Assembly (NCBI GenBank): GCA_950072105.1
Contig: CATMOE010000060.1
Coordinates: forward strand, 1-20,468
DNA: 20,468 nt
Source of the DNA: an uncultured Dehalococcoidia bacterium
GTDB taxonomy: Bacteria; Chloroflexota; Dehalococcoidia; Lucifugimonadales; UBA3495
Direction of reading: 5' to 3'
The translations under genes were made by a program, and so were the position numbers. The notes under the pieces are model-generated. The model was given only the letters and a program-made list of their open reading frames with translations. It was not told the DNA's origin and did not search any database. Every line of letters begins with the position of its first letter. Position 1 is the stretch's first letter. Shown piece by piece: positions 16,697 through 20,468 of this stretch.

Positions 16697-17899
16697 GACT
16701 ACGACGCCGGAATCGAATAGGTCTTCGATCTCTTGTTCCGCGAACCCCGACTCTGTCAATATTTCCCAGCTATGCTCGCCTAGCATCGGGGCCCGGCGGC
16801 GGATGCTGCCTGGCGTGGCCGACAGTTTTACGGGTATTCCGATATTATGTAATGTACCCAGATCAGGATCTTCCAGGTCAACCTTCATCTCCCTGGCGAT
16901 GACCTGAGGGTCATCATAAACTTGAGCGATGTTGTTTATCGGTCCGGCCACCATACCGGCCTTCTCCAGCGTCTCCAACCAGTAAGCAGTGGACTGTTGG
17001 CTGAAAATTTCCTCCAGTAAAGCGGCCAGTTCCTCCTCCCTTGCTTTGCGGTCTCCCGGCTCCCTGAATCGCTGGTCCTCGATCAACTCCTCCTGGCCGA
17101 TGGCCCGGCAAAGCTGCTCCCAAGTACGCTGTGTGGGCGCACCGATGTTGATGTAGCCGTCGCTGGTGCGCAGAGCCTGGTACGGAGCCGAAACCCGGTG
17201 GGCCGACCCGAGGGGACCGGGAATCTCCCCGTCGGCGAAATATCCCGACGATTCCCATATGGTGTAGGCGATACCCGCCTCCAAGAGGGATGTGTCAACC
17301 AACTGCCCCTGGCCCGTCTTTTGGGCGTGGATATAGGCGCATAACACGCCGTTGGCCGCCATGATACCCGCGGAAATATCGGTGATAGGGACACCAACCT
17401 TCACCGGAGGGCCATCGGGAACGCCGGTGATGCTCATGAGGCCGCTCATACCTTGGGCTATCAGGTCGAACCCGCCCCGGTCTTTATAAGGGCCGGTGCC
17501 GCCGTGGCCGGAGATGGAACAGTAGATCAAGCTAGGTTTCAATTTCGAGAGGCGCTCGTAGCCGATACCGAGGCGCTCCATCACACCTGGGCGGAAGTTC
17601 TCCACCACCACGTCGGCCTGTTCCAGCAGCCTTTCAAACACCTGCCGTCCTGACTCGTCCCGTAGATTCAAGGCCAAGCTTCGCTTGTTACGATTGGCAG
17701 CCATAAACCCGGCGCCCTGTCCGCCGATGAAAGGTGGCCCCGCCCGGCGGTTGTCGTCGCCCCCGTCGGGCTTCTCCACCTTGATCACGTCGGCCCCCAT
17801 GTCGGCCAGCATCATCCCGCATACGGGACCCGCCAATATCTGAGACAGGTCCAGAACAACCATGCCGGCCAGGGGAAGGGGATTCGGATTACCTACCAT
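16682..17899 (-). CDS. Family III CoA-transferase (CaiB/BaiF)
   Basis: VLDLSQILAGP, DMGADVIKVE, NRNKRS, VENFRPG, catalytic Asp in PITDISAG, and APMLGEH. ATG 17899 preferred (track start 17911). Confidence 0.93.
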   Translation of the reverse strand: MVGNPNPLPLAGMVVLDLSQILAGPVCGMMLADMGADVIKVEKPDGGDDNRRAGPPFIGGQGAGFMAANRNKRSLALNLRDESGRQVFERLLEQADVVVENFRPGVMERLGIGYERLSKLKPSLIYCSISGHGGTGPYKDRGGFDLIAQGMSGLMSITGVPDGPPVKVGVPITDISAGIMAANGVLCAYIHAQKTGQGQLVDTSLLEAGIAYTIWESSGYFADGEIPGPLGSAHRVSAPYQALRTSDGYINIGAPTQRTWEQLCRAIGQEELIEDQRFREPGDRKAREEELAALLEEIFSQQSTAYWLETLEKAGMVAGPINNIAQVYDDPQVIAREMKVDLEDPDLGTLHNIGIPVKLSATPGSIRRRAPMLGEHSWEILTESGFAEQEIEDLFDSGVVVDGRG

Positions 17900-18051
17900 A
17901 CTTCTCACCATTCAAGAATATTACCGCTGCGCTCGCAAGGGCGCCGAGCTTGCTTGCATCTTATCTCGGGCCGCGGCATCTGAAGTATACTAGAGCACCC
18001 AGCGTACCTGCCACGTGGATTCACCTCAAAAAATACTACAGGAAGGCCGGA

Positions 18052-19506
18052 TTGGAAAAGGTTGTAAAACGGGTGAAGCAAGACGCCGACTACATCTTCC
18101 ACGAGTTGACCCGCAGTATCTGTCCCGAATGCAAAACCGTGATCGACGCCCAAATCATCATCCGGGACAACAAGGTTTACATGCGCAAGCGCTGCCCAAC
18201 CCACGGCTGGTTCGAGGGCATAATCAGCTCCGACGCCGAGATGTACGTCAACTCCATCAAGTTCAACAAACCCGGCACCATCCCCCTGGAATTCAGCACC
18301 GAGGTTAAAGACGGCTGCCCCTTGGACTGCGGTCTTTGCCCCGAGCACAAGCAACACATATGCCTGGGCCTCATCGAGGTCAATACCGCCTGCAACCTAA
18401 GCTGTCCCGTCTGCTTCGCCAACGCCGGAATCGGCTATAGCCTCACCATGCAACAGGTAGAGGGAATGCTCGACCGGTTCGTGGAGACCGAAGGCGACCC
18501 GGAAGTGATCCAGTTTAGCGGCGGGGAGCCGACCATCCATCCCCAAATATTGGACATGATCCAGGCGGCCAAGGACCGGGGCATCCGCCAGGTGATGATA
18601 AACACCAATGGCGTACGTATCGCCCGGGACGACCGTTTCTTGGAGGGTCTGGCCAAGTTGAACCCGGTGGTTTACTTCCAGTTTGACGGGCTACGCTCGG
18701 AAACCTACCAAACCCTGCGGGGCGAGGACTTGCTGGACCTGAAGATGCGCTCCCTGGACCGGCTGAACGACGCCGGATTGGACGCCGTTCTGGTGGCGGC
18801 GGTGGAGCGAGGAGTAAACGAAGACGAAGTTGGGCCCATTATCGAGTTCGGTCTGAAGCACCCGGCGGTCCGGGGCGTTGTGTTGAAGCCGGTGACCCAC
18901 GTGGGCCGGCACATCGACTTTGACCCGATGGAAAGGGTCACGATACCTGACGTGATCCACGGCATCGTTGACCAGACCAACGGCCGGTTCGTGCTGGAAG
19001 ACTTCGTTCCCGTGCCCTGTTGCTTCCCCACTTGCCAGGTCAACTCCTACGTTTTCGTCGACGGCGACACCGTTGTGCCCCTGCCACGGATGCTAGACAT
19101 CGACCATTATCTTGATTACATCACCAACCGGACTCTGCCCAACCCGCCCAATTCCGCCGACGTGCAAAAGGCCCTTGAAGGCCTCTGGTCGGCTTCCGCC
19201 GTACCTGGCACGGAAAAGGCGGCCGGTGATTTCCAGTGTGCCTGTGGTCCCGGCATGGATCTGGGATACGAGCTGTACCATCTGAAAGACCACATCTTCC
19301 AGATCGCCATCAAAGATTTTCTGGACGCTTACACTTTCAGCGTGAAACAGGTTATGAAGTGCTGCGTGGGTATCCTGGTGCCCGACGGCAGAATCATACC
19401 GTTTTGCGCCTACAACTCGGTTGGGTACCGGGAGGCGATCCGGGATCAACTAACCTTGGAGCAGGCGAAGGCCCCCCGCCCAGCCAAGTTACAATCGAAA
19501 GTCTAG
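18052..19506 (+). CDS. Multi-cluster radical SAM protein of the Tes/GDGT-MAS (MJ0619)-like family
   Basis: CPEC..CPTH (rubredoxin-like), CPLDCGLC, RS motif CNLSCPVC, SGGEP, and C-terminal KCC..PDGRIIPFCAYN. Start uncertain: TTG 18052 after AGGAAGG, alternatively GTG 18073. Confidence 0.85.
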   Translation: MEKVVKRVKQDADYIFHELTRSICPECKTVIDAQIIIRDNKVYMRKRCPTHGWFEGIISSDAEMYVNSIKFNKPGTIPLEFSTEVKDGCPLDCGLCPEHKQHICLGLIEVNTACNLSCPVCFANAGIGYSLTMQQVEGMLDRFVETEGDPEVIQFSGGEPTIHPQILDMIQAAKDRGIRQVMINTNGVRIARDDRFLEGLAKLNPVVYFQFDGLRSETYQTLRGEDLLDLKMRSLDRLNDAGLDAVLVAAVERGVNEDEVGPIIEFGLKHPAVRGVVLKPVTHVGRHIDFDPMERVTIPDVIHGIVDQTNGRFVLEDFVPVPCCFPTCQVNSYVFVDGDTVVPLPRMLDIDHYLDYITNRTLPNPPNSADVQKALEGLWSASAVPGTEKAAGDFQCACGPGMDLGYELYHLKDHIFQIAIKDFLDAYTFSVKQVMKCCVGILVPDGRIIPFCAYNSVGYREAIRDQLTLEQAKAPRPAKLQSKV

Positions 19507-19587
19507 TTATCCACCCCCAGGCCCGCACTTGCCAAAGCGCCGAACGCCGCGGTAACTTGGATCCACACTGCGGAAAGGTGACCTGAC

Positions 19588-20388
19588 TTGAATCTAACCG
19601 AACAAGCAGCCGCCAAAGCCTGCTGCGCCGATCTGTACCAATCGGATTTGGCGCGGTTAGTATTCGGCGACACATTGCATCCCGGAGGGCTGGGGCTGAC
19701 CAACCGGTTGGGCCGGCTGATGGCCATCCACCCCGGCGATTGGGTCGCCGACTTAGCCAGCGGGCGAGGCTCCAGCGCCTTGGCCATGTCCCGAGTTTTC
19801 CATTGCAATGTGATCGGGGTGGAGTTTGGCGCCACCGCGGTCACCCAGGCCAGGGATTCGGCGTTGGAATCCAACGCTTCCGGCGCCTGCTTCGTTAGGG
19901 GTGACGCGGAGTACATCCCGCTACGCTCCGGGCGATTCGACGCCGTGTTCAGCGAGTGCTCGATAAGCCTATTCTCGGACAAGCCCGCGACGGTCCGGCA
20001 GATAGCCAATCTGTTGCGCCCTGGAGGACGGTTCGGCCTAAGCGACGTGGCCTTGGACACCGGCAGCCTGCCATCGGAACTGGACGGCACCCTGGGACAG
20101 CTCCTGTGCATGACCAACGCGCTTGACGTTCAGGGATACCAGGAGTTGTTACGGGACGGCGGCTTGGACTTGGTCCACTCGGAGGACGCCTCCGATGAGA
20201 TCATCAAGATATTAGATGACGTGGAAAGTAAGATGGGCGCGCTACGGGCGTGGCAATCCCTGGCTCGGCCGGCAGATGCGCCGGATGAAATGTTGGACAA
20301 GGCCCCCTTGTTGGTTTCCACGCTTCGTCAGATGGTCCAAGACGGTGAATTGGGTTACTGGCTCTTCGTTGCCCAGAAACCGGGCTGA
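19588..20388 (+). CDS. Class I SAM-dependent methyltransferase with ArsM-like cysteines
   Basis: Motif I VADLASGRG, GDAEYIPL, FDAVFSEC and LRPGGRFGLSD, with an N-terminal CC. SD AAAGGTGA precedes the TTG. Confidence 0.88.
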   Translation: MNLTEQAAAKACCADLYQSDLARLVFGDTLHPGGLGLTNRLGRLMAIHPGDWVADLASGRGSSALAMSRVFHCNVIGVEFGATAVTQARDSALESNASGACFVRGDAEYIPLRSGRFDAVFSECSISLFSDKPATVRQIANLLRPGGRFGLSDVALDTGSLPSELDGTLGQLLCMTNALDVQGYQELLRDGGLDLVHSEDASDEIIKILDDVESKMGALRAWQSLARPADAPDEMLDKAPLLVSTLRQMVQDGELGYWLFVAQKPG

Positions 20389-20468
20389 ACCGGCGTCCAC
20401 CGCCACCAAGACCGTCGAGCTAGCATTTCCCTGACTCAAACTAGAGTCGGCTTTGCTCACTCATCGAC

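Noticed and set aside
19504..19590. Read-through fusion of the radical SAM and methyltransferase genes (same frame, with TAG 19504 and TGA 19579)
   Set aside because: It would need two different stops suppressed. The methyltransferase has its own SD and start, and I saw no convincing SECIS.

Overview
A gene-dense bacterial chromosomal window. The gene set and small-protein types suggest Chloroflexi (Dehalococcoidia/SAR202-like), which is an inference and not a database result. From left to right: the 5' end of a minus-strand gene; a small Cys/His zinc-ribbon protein; an archaeal CetZ-like tubulin/FtsZ homologue with a terminator; selD encoded as a selenoprotein (in-frame TGA at codon 17 plus a SECIS-like hairpin, truncated in the ORF track); a sulfite-oxidase-family Mo enzyme; an unlisted 59-aa CxxC..CxxC protein on overlapping divergent promoters with hspR-grpE-dnaK (no dnaJ); a hypothetical gene; a coupled Mut7-C (PIN) RNase and AcuC/HDAC deacetylase; a coiled-coil hypothetical gene; two paralogous MFS transporters bracketing PAC2-trpS-inositol monophosphatase; a family III CoA-transferase; and a Tes/MJ0619-like multi-cluster radical SAM enzyme followed by an ArsM-like Cys-bearing methyltransferase. 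I saw no rRNA, tRNA, CRISPR array or transposase. The strongest candidates for undescribed biology are the radical SAM + ArsM-like pair and the bacterial CetZ-like tubulin.
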